A stretch of DNA of 64,000 nt from Botryllus schlosseri (lineage: Eukaryota): assembly GCA_051294905.1 (NCBI GenBank), contig CM119372.1, positions 13,952,001 through 14,016,000 of the forward strand, written 5' to 3'. The notes beneath the pieces are model-generated. The model worked only from the letters and a program-made list of their open reading frames with translations, did no database searches and had not been told where the DNA came from. Of the stretch, positions 25,111 to 38,067 are shown one piece after another. Each line of letters begins with the position of its first letter. Position 1 is the first letter of the stretch. The translations under genes and the position numbers were made by a program.

Positions 25111-26574
25111 TACACAGGAAGGGTAGTCAGCGAATGGACTGATGTTGACTCACCTCGTTGTAGCGTAAGTACACTCATCCATATTCCGGTAATGTGGATG
25201 AGAAGGCCGGCACAGATGTGGGGTGGCGGTGCCTTGTCGATGAAACATGATTTGTCATCCGCAATCACGTTTATCCTCATTGCTCATGCCTTATTTAGTC
25301 AGTTATGCATAATGCAACTGGTGCAGTCGTTTTCAACGGACACTATAGTCTTCCCAATGATGTATCGTTATTGATGAAATTACGCTGTTGGCTCGCATCG
25401 AAATAATCTGGTGCACTCGCACGAGTCGATCGAGCAGATACCATAGTTATCCCAAAAACCTTTCTTAAAACGTTCCGTCGCCGTGCGGTAGCATCATCCA
25501 TCATAATTTTCTGATGGTAGATTGTTCTGCACTGGAAATTACTTTATACCGCCAGAACACCAAGGTCGCTGACGTTTACACGATATTCAAAATTTTCCTT
25601 CGTATACGGTGTCACTTTGCTCTCTCGGATGCCCGCGAAAGCCGACAATACAGACTTACAAATTTTCTCTCAATTACATGATTATGCCGTCGGTTGCGGT
25701 CAATTAAAATGCAAATAGGATTAAAGTCAGCATTTGTGGGCAGGCCTTGAATCGGATGCAGTCATAAAATACGAATCGTCTAATAAGTACCTTGTACCCA
25801 CACGTCGATCGCAGTTCACAGATAAAATCATCAGACCCCACATGCGGACAAGCTTGTTGAATATTTTAAAATTCAAATCATTAAATAGCTGTATCTATAA
25901 GCCTATGATAACTTTATCTGCGCCTATACAGATACCTGTTGAAGCCAACCGGTTAGATTATAACGTTGCGAATTGTATATTTTTAAAGACTTAAAAAAGA
26001 CTAAAAAAACTTCACAATTTTATTTATTCAATTCATCTGTCAGATTTCTCTGAAGTAGTCGTGCAGTTAATCGGATTAAGATCGAAGCGATGAAGTATAG
26101 CCTGCGATGAAACGCCTAATTGTCTTGGGATGGTTCGAACCCCCAAAATATTCTAGTTTGTGTGAACGCGAACCTTTTTGAAAGCTTCTGTGTGAACGCG
26201 AACACGAACATATGACGTCACGTGACGTCATATTGTTAATTCCAACCCAAAGTTGTACACGATACCTAGCCACGACGCAGGCCACATTATGCCACAATGC
26301 TGAAGCACTTGCTGACTTTTTAAACATCACGAGATATATCAATTGCAACAATAATATGCTATAATAATTTCATAAATATTCATCCCCCGTCGCTTTGCCA
26401 ACAATTTCGACGAGGACTTGCAAGGGAATATAAGCTTACACCTTAACGGTCTAGGGCAGCTAGATCGGACAATGTAGTCTCAAGGCGTCAGGCTTATGCT
26501 ATACATTGATATTGATTAGAGTGAAAAGCCGGTCTCTATACTTGCTACAAATATTTCCTCATCAACTAGTTATC

Positions 26575-27749
26575 CAGGGGTGTCAAACTCAAATTGCGTC
26601 GCGGGCCGGATTCAAACCTTCAAATCACTCGCGGGCCGCCCCAGTCAACTGATTCCAAAATCATGCCCTATCTTTTCACTTGAATACTTTATTATCAAGT
26701 ATATCTACATAGTACCGAGGATCATAGGGATTTATTCTAGCAAGTATAGTAACACCTTTATTAGCGAACAATAGAATTGACAGAAATACGACGATTGGCC
26801 GGTTGATTACCGATAAGAACCATTAAAACAGTGACGCAAACGACGATATAAGTTGGAATATTTCTATGATCCCTTTGCTTCAGTCGTAATCTAGCGTTAG
26901 CCCTCTGTATGAGAGAGAGTGTTTATTTTCATCCAACCGAAAATCATAACAAACAAACAGGAATGATGGTGGTACCGACAGTACGCATGCACGGCAGTAT
27001 TTCGTATCAGATAGGAATGATCTACGACCTGAGTTCAACTAGTCTGATCAAGAGATTCAACTAGTCCCGGGACCTTTTGAGTCGGAAGTGACACTGCAGT
27101 GCGACCACAGATATTTGAATCGTATATTTTGTATGGCTAATATATTCTCCAAGGTAACCATATATAGCGGCGTTTTAGCTTCTGTGAATAATACGTTTTA
27201 GTTCATTTTTCCATAAAACTCTCGGAATCGGGTGTCAATGTCACGGGTTTCCTCCTAATGGTAACTACGGTTAAACCACATCACCGCAGTCGGGTGGTGA
27301 TAATGTGACCCATGAACAAAGCGCTTTCCAAAAAATTCCAAATCTTTCTTGCTACGGGATTAAACAATCAGGTTGCCTAAAAAGACGATGCACACCAAAT
27401 TTGACTCAATTCCAACCAGCAGATGCCGATTTCTTCCAAAATAAAATTTCGGCAATTTTTTAACTAACAGTATTTACGGTGGTAAATTTCGTCACTCCGA
27501 CATTACCATAAATCGTGTTCAAGGCATTCCTGAAGGCACAGGGATGCATTTTTCACCCGTTTACATGTTGACACGGGCCTATGGTAGAGCTTGGATATAG
27601 ACATCGCCAGGTACTTGAAAGTATTTCCTACAAAAAATCTCTACAATTGTTACAATAGTGCTGGATGATATAAGCATGTTTAAATTTATTCAAAATTGCT
27701 TCGCGGGCCGGATAAAATCGTCTGGCGGGCCGTATGCTTGACACCCCTG
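26575..27749. mobile_element. hAT (CAGGGGTGTCAA family) non-autonomous element
   Basis: TIR CAGGGGTGTCAA / TTGACACCCCTG; GCGGGCCG subterminal motifs; flanked by AGTTAT on both sides; homologous to 28590-30567. Confidence 0.85.
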
Positions 27750-27756
27750 AGTTATA

Positions 27757-28563
27757 CAGTGGTTTCCAAACTTTTTCGGCTCGTCGCACTCTAGAAAAAT
27801 TATAAAATGCTCGTGGCACACCTACAAGAAAGTTGCGTAAAAATCTATCCACGAGTTTATGTAATGGTTATGTTTATTTATACAAACATACATTCGACTC
27901 TAACGATGTTTAATTGTTGACAAACACATACCCGCATTTCGTCGATTTCCAAGCAGTGTCTTTCGGTTACGTCTTTTGATTTCGGTAAATACGAAAAAAA
28001 GCATGCTCACACACCCACTAAGGTGCAAATGACAGTAACATATTGATTGTACTTATCACGGAATAGGAATTGGAAAGAGGCATCGAAAACTTTTCGTGAA
28101 TACAGCGTTTCACAAAAAGGGGCGTTTCGTTAATCAATGAGCTGTTCTTCTTCTACAAACGATTGCTTGATTTATGGCTTTCAAATGGATTGACTACCCA
28201 CCTATTTGTTTACAGCAAATCCTGAGATTGTTGAAGTGTATAACTTCAGCTCCAGACAATGTGATAACGATTTGAGGCACGATTCCTTGTTTACGAGTTG
28301 ATTTGAAACGATTCAAAGCGTTTTGGACAGACATAGCAGCCCAATTATGATGTGTGCATTCTCATTCATCGGCAAGGCCATGATTGGTTTCATTGACATG
28401 GTCACAATATGTTCTTATTCATCGGCCTGTTGAAGAGCTTTACGGACACATTATACTAGTCTGCATGCCCTATCTTCAATATTATACAGTGTTCTTCATA
28501 AATCCCATAAAGACTCGCGGCACATCTGAGAATCTGTGGCGGCACACACTTTGGGAATCTCTG
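27757..28563 (-). mobile_element. hAT (Buster/Charlie-like) deletion derivative with a transposase C-terminal remnant
   Basis: CAGTGGTTTCCAAA ... TTTGGGAATCTCTG. Minus strand at about 27920-28050 reads, with frameshifts, INMLLSFAP*WVCEHAF / FTEIKRRNRKTL / IDEMRVC, resembling the hAT dimerisation domain. Confidence 0.75.
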
Positions 28564-29199
28564 AGTTATGCATAGCCAACACCCTAATCCAGGGGTGTCA
28601 AACTCAAATTACGTCGCGGACCGGATTCAAACCTTGAAATTGCTCGCGGGCCGCATCCTTGGCATTTTACTTGAATACTTCATCATCAAGCATATACAGA
28701 TAATATACCGTAGTTTGTGACAATTGTATCACGGATCATAGGAGTTGTATTGTGGCAAGTAGCAACACCTTTATTCGCGAACAATGGAATTGATGAGGAT
28801 GATTGGTCGATTGAATGCAGTTATGAACCGCTGCTAAGACAGTGGCAGTAATGACGATATAAATTGGAATGTTTCTATGCTCCCTTTGATTTAGTCGTAA
28901 TCTGGCGTTAGCCCTACACATGCGATGTGAGGAATACAAGATATTTTATTGAAAACGCGGACGTTTGAATCTGGTTTATTATTATTGAACCGCGGGTCGG
29001 CTTTGCGTTGAAAGTGACGCAGCAGTGCGACCATGGATATTTCAATTATATATTTGTGCAACTAATATATATTCCATGTAAACTGCATATAACGGTTCCG
29101 CATTGGCGTTTTCGCTTCTGTGAATAACTACTTTTTGAGCCATTTTTCTGTATCACTTTATTGCCTTCTTGACATTGGTTTGTCAATTTCACTCTAGTG

Positions 29200-30377
29200 C
29201 AGTGGTTCTCAAACTTTTTTTAGACACGCCTTCCTTTATGATAGTGAAAAATTTCGCGCCCCCCTTATCGTGATATCACAAAATCCAACCGGGATGCTAG
29301 CAACCCCAACAGATTGTTTGATAGCATGGAAGGTTATGACTACGGCGGTTTTTTTTACCTAAAAAAAGGAAAATTTTTACCTAAAAAATCAAAATTTCGA
29401 CTTTTTTTTACCTAAACAAACTGAATTTTGACCAAATTTTGACCTAACGTATGCAAATTAGGTGTTTTCCAGCATAATGCTAAAATTCTACCACTTATCT
29501 TCATTTCCGGTTGGAACTGGCTGTCGTAACGAAGTAGTTTGGCCTGAAAAAACGTTTTTGGCTTAGAAACAGGCAACTTTTTACATGAAAATTTTTTTTT
29601 AACCGAAATCTGGCCCTATGAAAAATTCCAGTGGTTACAATACGTATTACGGTAGAAATTTTGTAGTACAACGAGAGATACTTTCCTACATTCTTGGGTA
29701 GAAAGGGCATGTCCTTACTAAGAAGCTTGCCAAGGACGTTCAACAGCAGCAGTAGTTCGCTGACAGCACTCAAGTTGTGCGTACACTGCTGGTGACACAC
29801 CGTGTTGCTTCAATCTGACAATGTTGTCTACATCACAATTTTTCATCATGCGCTTCTTAAGATAAGAATGATGCAATGCCCAATAAGTCTTTCTTCAGTT
29901 AGGATATTGTGGTACGTTGACCATAACACCATGTCTACCCATTTGCTTTATTTGGCCGTTTATGCTTCACAATGAGCAGACAATTAGCCGTTTACAACGG
30001 TGGGCCTATAAAGTAGGCTACTAGCTGTAAAATATCAAATGATAAGTTCACCGACAGTGAAAAATCTACTATACAAACGAAATGCAAACGTCAAAAAAAT
30101 TTTGACTTTATGAAAAATTTTGACAAATTTTGACCTAACGCTACAATTTTGACAAAATTTTGACAAATTCTGACATGTCAAAAAAAACTGCCCTAGTTAT
30201 GACTGTTGATGAGAGAATTAAAAAATATGAAATTAGGACTATATATAGAGAAACTCGCGTGAATTGGAGGTAAATGGCGCATAGCGCGATTTTTTTCAGT
30301 TGACCGCTTCTTCGCGCCCCCTTCAGATGCTTTCACGCCCCCCAAGGGGGGCGTGCCTCCCAGGTTGAGAACCACTG
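29200..30377. mobile_element. hAT (Charlie-like) MITE
   Basis: TIR CAGTGGTTCTCAA / TTGAGAACCACTG; perfect TSD CTCTAGTG. Confidence 0.9.
29341..30195. mobile_element. hAT-type element with TTTTACCTAA/TTTTGAC subterminal repeats
   Basis: TACGGCGGTTTTTTT ... AAAAAAACTGCCCTA; perfect TSD GTTATGAC. Confidence 0.85.
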
Positions 30378-33300
30378 CTCTAGTGGTAACTAGAGTGAAA
30401 CCACAGCGCCTTGTTCGGGTGGTTGTAATGGGGCGTATAGACATGAAAGTCTTTCGTGCAAAAAATCTCACCATTTGTTACAACTGTATATAGGAATTTT
30501 TCTATATATACTCAGAATTGCTTCGCGGGCCGGATGCGGGCCGCGGGCCGTATGTTTGACACCCCTGCTCTAATCGAATGGATTTAGTTTTTATGATACA
30601 AGAAACATATCAAACGAAGATAGATCCCGTATGCCTGCGAGATTTTTTACATTTGACAACAGTGCATTCTTTATATCAATTTCATTGATGTCAATAATTG
30701 ATTGGTTGAATAAGAACAATTCGATGACTGCTTTCATGTAGTGTATTTCGTTATTGATGTTGTGTGACTGTAGGACAAGCTCGTAGATAGTAGGGTTACC
30801 ATATTTTGTAATCCGGAAAGAAGGAAACTTTTTCAAAATCTAAAAGTTCGTTTACCGAAATTGAAAACGGCTGATTTTGAGATAATTACTGGAATTCTTT
30901 TGGTGTTGACTAAAAAAACGGTTATCGCTCTGACACGATTCCCGAATGACCCGTTCGATCGTCCGCATTGCCTATTTCGCGTCGTTTGTACCTATTTTCT
31001 CTTGACCCTGGCCATTAGCCTTGCTGTAAACGCTGTAAAGGAGGACGAATTTCCAAAAAGGAGGCATGTAGGCGTCCCCGGAGAACATTTTCAATTTCCT
31101 GAAAAATGAGGTTTATGGTAACACGAATAGAGATTCCCTAAATATTCACAAACAGAAAAGCTGAATATTTCGAGAAAACTTTTCTAACAAAACAAATAAG
31201 GTGAAGCGCAAGAAGCATGCTCGTTTAGTTTTGAATTTCTTGTCATGCTGCCAGCGCGATGCAGAGAGTTGTCCGAATTTGAATTGCAAAGAATCTATAC
31301 CAAGCATGTCGTAATGACGCGAATAAATGTAACACGTGAAAAGGGTTCATAGTGCGGAACCTTCAAAGGTCCTATTGCGAACGCGAACCTCCAAATTTCT
31401 GAGGTTCGTACGCATAACGCGAACGTGCACGTCACGTTGACACCATCCCTACAACTCCCCCATTGCACCCCACAATCTTCTCACTGTACCTTAAAAATAT
31501 ATTAGACTTTGCGAATTGTCATCGTACCTACTCTCCACACTATAAATTGCGTATTTTGTCCTTGTAGTACAGATGCAATTTATGTTAAATATATCGATTG
31601 TTCAATTAATATAATTACAATGTGACTGTGCAGTTGTACACAGTACAGTTGTGCGGCCGTATCCAGGGATATCCCTGGGTCGTATCGTATCTTCACATGT
31701 CGAAATATGCCGAAGTTATACAGTGTAGGCCTGTAGGGCAATGAAATTTCCTGCAAGGAATAAGCACACATGTTTATAGAAATTAAACTGTATTAATATA
31801 ATGTAACCCAACGAACGATACTTTGATTTATCAGTCATATATCTATAGCCTACCACATACTTTTGAAGCTGACGATTTCATATTATTCTTGACTGCCGTG
31901 ACTGATTCGCTATCAAGTTTTATTGCGTTATACTGTTAAAACATACTATTTTTACCAACTATTACAATATTGCACAGTACCGATATATCTTTTGAGTCAG
32001 TGACGTGACGTACGGTCAGGGAAGACAGTGCCTCCCCTGCTGTCAGAATAAGTATATGAAATTAAGAAAACCTTCAAAGACTACATTGGTGTTTTTCTAC
32101 CGATATTCATGAATCACTGATTTTTAACATTTGTATCCAAATAATTATGCAATTTTGATAAAAATAGATGAATATAGGACGAAATGAGATGTGAGGCACA
32201 TAGACAAGCCAGGCCTCACCTGTGATAGCGCGAGTCTTGATGAACAACAGATTTTATAAACTGGCATTAATGGAATGCAATTGTCGCACCTGTTCCAAAA
32301 ATCGAAATAATAATAAAATTAGAGCGCCAGAACCCCCTCGTAATCATCGAGGAATGTAGATTCGGTTTTGTTACGTGCAATCACAACGCAGGTAAACAAA
32401 TCAAGGCAAGGCACGAATTAATGTGCCTTGTCGATTGTTGGCCTAAAAATCGGATAACCGCAGCGTATAGTGAAACAATGCGTGCTAACCAGACTTGGAT
32501 ATTCAAAATGCGCAAATAGTATTACAACTATTACTCATTGTTTCAAAGAACTAAAACTATTTATTTACTTACTCGTAACTAGAACTGGAACGACCTTTAA
32601 AAATCTGCAACTATAACTAAAACACACGAATGAATTGTTTTATCGGAATTTGATCGGCTTTACACATGAACATCAGTGCAGGACGGGGTTTGGTTTGGTG
32701 TTTGAAATTGAAGGGATTTCGACCGCCAAAAACCAACCTGGTTAAACGCGACCCTGAGTTAGCAATGGACGCAAGAACATCATGCAACAGAACACCGGTA
32801 TCACGATTCACGTCAAACCCGTAGCCTGCACGTGAAGAGTGTTGATATGATATGGCATAACAAGAAGCTAATAGAATGAACTGCCCCTTCTGCGTATATA
32901 TATTTGTGACTCTACTGGGGTCAGCGTCACACCTACCATGAACCTCACCACACTGCTGTGAAGTGAAATTCAGCAAATATTGAATATGCAGGCCTATACT
33001 ATATGTAGTTATGTATCGCACAATCAACTGTATTAGTTGACACATCATGGGGTATTCTTACGACTCCAAATCACTAGGAGTCATTCGCGGGAGCATTGGT
33101 AATATCTCATTTATTTATACATATTACAGCCGTTTTATTTGCTGCCGACAAAAATAACTTGAAGTCGCCATATAATTGATAAAATATAAGCATATCTTCA
33201 ACGAACATTTATCTCAAGTTTGTGTGTGTTGTAGTGTTTTTTTTGCAGTTTACTCACTGAAGTGTGAATATAAATTACTAAATCCCTGAATCGGTGTAAT

Positions 33301-35769
33301 ATTTTGGTAGATTGTAGCGCAAGCTATTAGTGTTGCTCCGAGACAATGATGTAGAAATTCAAACTACTTTTAATTGTAATAGGAGAGATCTTTCTCTCGC
33401 CTTAGAAAACCATTATGTGATGTATTCTATATTGTCGTGTCAACCCAGCATTCACTATCCATTCTCGGTTTCGCCGCAGCCGAAGGAATAATAAGTAACG
33501 TTGTTGATACCCATGCACCCGCCTTCACAATCAACCCACTATACCAAAAATAAATACATCATGCAGTACATATTCATCTCTTGAATGGGCACAGTATACG
33601 CTCGTGTTTATCGAATCAATTAGATCACCATGCACCGCTGAGGAAAATCCTCGTGTGTAATAGTCAGTTTCAATGCACTCTCGTACGCCAAAATGAAAGA
33701 TCAGTTACGGAAAGACCACGTGTCTGGAATGTATATGTATAAATAAAAATGTTCAGCGTGAGTATGAAGTTTACGGGACGTTGACCCACCGTCCCTCGTG
33801 TGACGCATTCGTTTGTTGTAAATGAAGCGTTCGTGTCGAGTGTGTCATATCCTAATGTATTAGTGGTTTCATACCATAAATAGCGCGATACCATAGGAGA
33901 TATGCAGCGGGATATTTCAGGTGGAATATTATTTTCCGCAAAACGGAGGGCTGGATCTTTTTTATTTGCTCAGCACAATGGACTACTGTTTACCGACTGT
34001 TGGATTCCGATTATTAGGGCAGCGCGTTCTTTTGGGGATCGGAATAAAACATTTCACATTTCTCTTGAACGTCGCGAGGCCTTGTTCAACTTTTGACCCT
34101 GCCCGGAGGATCTCAATCGAACGGATAGAAATGCCCATAAGTGCCGCTGCCCAGAGCGTAACGCTTGATAACACTTCAGAGAGAAAAGCGAAGAAAATAA
34201 GTGAGACCGCCTCTTACATTTATAGTCAAGGAGCGTGGGAGTGGGGATTGCGAGAGAAGAAGAGTTTGTGTACAAGGAACGGGATAATTGAGGAAGGGAA
34301 AAAGGTGCCAAACTGCAATGCTGGAATAGTAGACAGGTTCATTCAAAAACAACTTAATCTACACCAGCCCGGTGATTCGTCAATATTTGTGATCGGAGAA
34401 CGATATCTTTGTCAGGATCAGGAGAAAGTTTAGCGTCCTTCTAACAGTTTTGAAATTGCACCCGAGTTATTCGCAAGACGACCCGCTTTAACGTGAACGA
34501 CGAAAGCCGCAGTCTTCCAAACGATCTTCATTGTATGATTTCCAGGCTTTAGCTAAAGTGACTTCCCACTGCTAGTTAGCCAATGTTCATTATATGCTAT
34601 CAGTGAACCGTATTTTAAAGTTTTCATCGAAGAACCGAGGACAATTGAGATATAATTCTGGTGAGAAATTCGTAGTACCTCCTGAAATACCACTGTAACC
34701 GGTGCATTTAACGCTGTGTGTGTTTACATGCGTATTTTGACATTTTTATTGCGACTTGATTGCTATAGGGTCATTTGCGTCAGACGCATATACGAAAGAA
34801 ACCTAAATAATTACGGCTGTGCTTGTTGCCACGTTTTACGAGTTATAAAGAATCTGACTTTGCGAAATTTGTTTTTAGCGCCCTGTGAATTTGCTCCCTG
34901 TATGTGATTATTCCTCTAATAATTATGCTTTTTATTGCTTACCACGCACTGGGGCTTTACAACGAGGATTTTATTACGCGTGAATGGGTGTTGTTAAGCA
35001 TTTCATCGCTTTGTAAATTTGGTAGTTGGAGCAAAGCAGTGTATTGCTAGTTTACATCCTTATATTTTTCGTACACATTTCCTACGCTCAAATGTATTTC
35101 TGATGCTGAAACGATGGCATCCCCGAGTCTTTTTGATTTCCGATTTGCTCCCGATCGTGATGTCACCGCAGAGACGCCTCATGATGATGATTAAAGAGTT
35201 AATAGATCTCGCCCCGGGTGACTATTTAACTCTCATTAAATATCTCCATTATAAACACGAGAGTATTGCTTCTGTTTGGCGTATTCGGAATTTGCCGCGT
35301 TCCAATTCGTCGCTAAATTGCAGCTTGCTTTCGCCCCAATCGCCAATAAGGATGCCACTTCTTTGTTTCAAGTACGCACGAATCGCAAGTTTTTGTGTTC
35401 AAATTTCCAATCGACGATATTACGGTTCACATCGCGGCAAAGTATGGTAAAAATTAGAATGATCCATATACTCCCACCCACCGTGTTTCCGATGATAGTA
35501 AAATAATGATACAACTGTGCTACACTATTCCAGATTGACAGGGGATTCTAACGTCCACCTGAAATCAAAAACTACGCACCAACTTAATGATACCGCGCGG
35601 GAAAGTCAAAATACCTGTCGCACCGCACGCTCAAATTATATACACAAAATATAGTTTTTTTTATGTGTACAATCTATGTACGGCCGTATCACCTATTATG
35701 TGTGATGATTACGGTTTCAAATGCTTGCTTGTAAATCGATGTTTTACCCAGATTCGAAGAGCAATCGCA

Positions 35770-36637
35770 ATGAGTTCGTTCATGGAGTATCCGGTTTGTT
35801 CCGGAGATCCGTACGCAGTCCGGCCTCCAGCCAACATGATGTACAATCCGGTGGATGGCATTTCATCGTTCAACATAAAAAGAACCATTTCCAGCGAGGA
35901 TAGCATCGACACTACCTCTCCCATGTACTCCTGCGTCATGCACGACTCCTCGGCCCTGAGAAAAGCCACAGACGAAAATATGACGCAGCTCGAGACAAAC
36001 GGAGAACAGACATACACCAGTCTCAGCCACCAATTGAGTATTTACGAACTTCAGCAACAGCATTACCAGGCCCGGGACGCGCCTGGTCCGCAGACCGCAA
36101 CCCCATCGCCCAATTCGTCGTCGCCGCCCGTAAGCGAAAGTTACAGCCACCCGTCTCCTCAGCAGACACCTTTATCGCCACCCACCTACCCGCAAATAAC
36201 CAACACGACAACCTATTCCACAAACCTTATGGGTACCTACGCGAACAGCTACGCCTACAACCCCCCGCTTAAAACCGACCCCGCGTCGTCATCGCTATAC
36301 TCCCTTAACCCCACTTCACCCTATCCGACCTCCCCAAACCAACCGGGCCCTCCGCAGAATTCGTATTCTTCCTGCAACCCGATTGTGTATTCAGGTAATC
36401 TCCACGCAACCTCATACCCTATGCACGCCCAATATCCTCCATGTCCAATGCCGATCAACGGACATCACTCAGGACTTGACACGTCGATCGTTGGGTATTT
36501 TCATAGCGGGAATACGCAACGACGGTCGCCGCACGATTACGGTGAGAGGGACAAACTAGATAATGCTGCCAGCACGAACTCGGACTTGGCCAACACGTAC
36601 GACTGGATGAAGATCAAACGAAATCCACCGAAGACAA
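35770..36637 (+). CDS. Hox1: Hox1/labial homeobox gene, coding exon 1
   Basis: ATG at 35770 gives MSSFMEYP, matching the Hox1 N-terminal MxSFLEY motif. A Ser/Pro/Tyr-rich region follows. The exon ends in TYDWMKIKRNPPKT, the paralogue-group-1 hexapeptide context (FDWMKVKRNPPKT), then a phase-1 donor A|GTAAGA at 36638. Confidence 0.95.
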
Positions 36638-38067
36638 GTAAGAGAACATTACATTTTTCATAGCGTTTAATGAAAGTGGAACCCCACACTGGTACATAAC
36701 TCAATCTTAATTCCATCAGTTTCCTCAGGTGTGTGATATCTTTATTCTCCCTCTGTGTGTGTCCTGTTTTTTTTATTCTTCCCATTCCCGGTTCCTTCCA
36801 TCACCCCATGCTGATTTCTTTTATTTTATTCTCCTTATAATATCTGCTATACTTTGCATAGCCTATCTTCCTATTGATGAACAAATTTTCCAAGTAAATA
36901 TAGTTAGTTCGTAGATCAATCGCACTGCACTTTCTTTTCATTTACAAATTATATCTGCCGCTCCTGTATGTGATGTTGTTCGCTCCTTGTCATCATTCTG
37001 TACTTCGTTGATACTCGATACAGAATAGCAAACGCGCCCGATCAAAAACGGCTAACCGATGACAGCCGCCATTTTGTTCGCGTTCGGCTACATTTCATTT
37101 GAGGGTGGCGATGAATTGTGTCGTCTCGGCAAATATTATATTTTGATCTTTAAATAAGTGTTCAAGGCACTTAAGCTTCGCGGGTAATCGTCGCGATCAA
37201 TCCGGTGCCTATTGATTAAACACGACTAATCAGATAAGCCAATTCAGATTACATGTTGCGGGCCGCGTCAAACCTGGAACATAGTAAATTGTTTTGGGTT
37301 TATGGATGAGAGTTGAATTCGCTTTGTGTTCACATTGAATCGGATGCGACTGTTTAGTTTATTGAAGGTTAATTCAACTTATGTACCTAACCTCCATCCT
37401 CCAATAACTTAAATACGTATTATTATTTGTCCGACGCTCATTTATGAATTTATAATGTCTGCATGTAGGCTATTGCGTTAGTACCTTATATAGATGTTTC
37501 TTGGATGCAATTCTAGGACAGTAACCAATTCTATCAAGTGTTTGGGGTCATTGGTTTGAAATATTAAACTTTTGAGCGTAAGTTTTACTGTAATCAAGCT
37601 GGGAAGGAGACCGCGAGATGTCAATTTGCAACCATTTGATTAGATAGATAATGACGCAAGTAATGAATTCGCGAAAACGAAGATTCGAAATATGAAGTTG
37701 AGAATGCACATCATATGAAATTGAATGAATTTCAAGAAGGACCGGTATTCAGTAGGCTCCTACCCTGGTATATCTTTACGTTCAAAACTACTTAACGATA
37801 ATTGTATAATATACTTCTGGGTTTCGTCATGATATCACATTAATTCAATGCGAATATATCCGGCGAAGAGTGATTTCCCTGGCCACCCCCCCCCCCCCCC
37901 CCAATGCTACTGGGCAAATAATGTAACCTTGCCTTGTTACTCCCATGTGTGGGTTTGAAGAAGCTATTCGGACGTTAAGATTGTTTAGGTTCTCGGGAGT
38001 AGAAGTGAAGCCAGCTAATAAATCATTGGACACTGTATAGCCCTGAAACACCCTAGACCCCCTACAG

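Larger units (their letters stand above)
28590..30567. mobile_element. hAT (CAGGGGTGTCAA family), second copy
   Basis: TIR CAGGGGTGTCAAAC; TSD CCCTAATC / CTCTAATC (7/8). Confidence 0.88.
26125..31451. mobile_element. TAGGGATGGTGTGAAC-family hAT-type element expanded by multiple nested insertions
   Basis: Segments 26125-26570, 28564-28589, 30568-30790 and 31127-31451 are colinear with the intact copy at 39042-40040. Confidence 0.8.

Noticed and set aside
33921..34433. 170-aa ORF upstream of Hox1 (and similar ORFs at 32617-33048, 35019-35450, 48361-48837, 59637-60059)
   Set aside because: No recognisable domain, mostly non-ATG starts or inside TEs; consistent with chance ORFs.
35587..35769. 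61-aa N-terminal extension of Hox1 in the ORF track
   Set aside because: AT-rich with no Hox-like character; the conserved start motif is at 35770 and a splice acceptor lies just before it.
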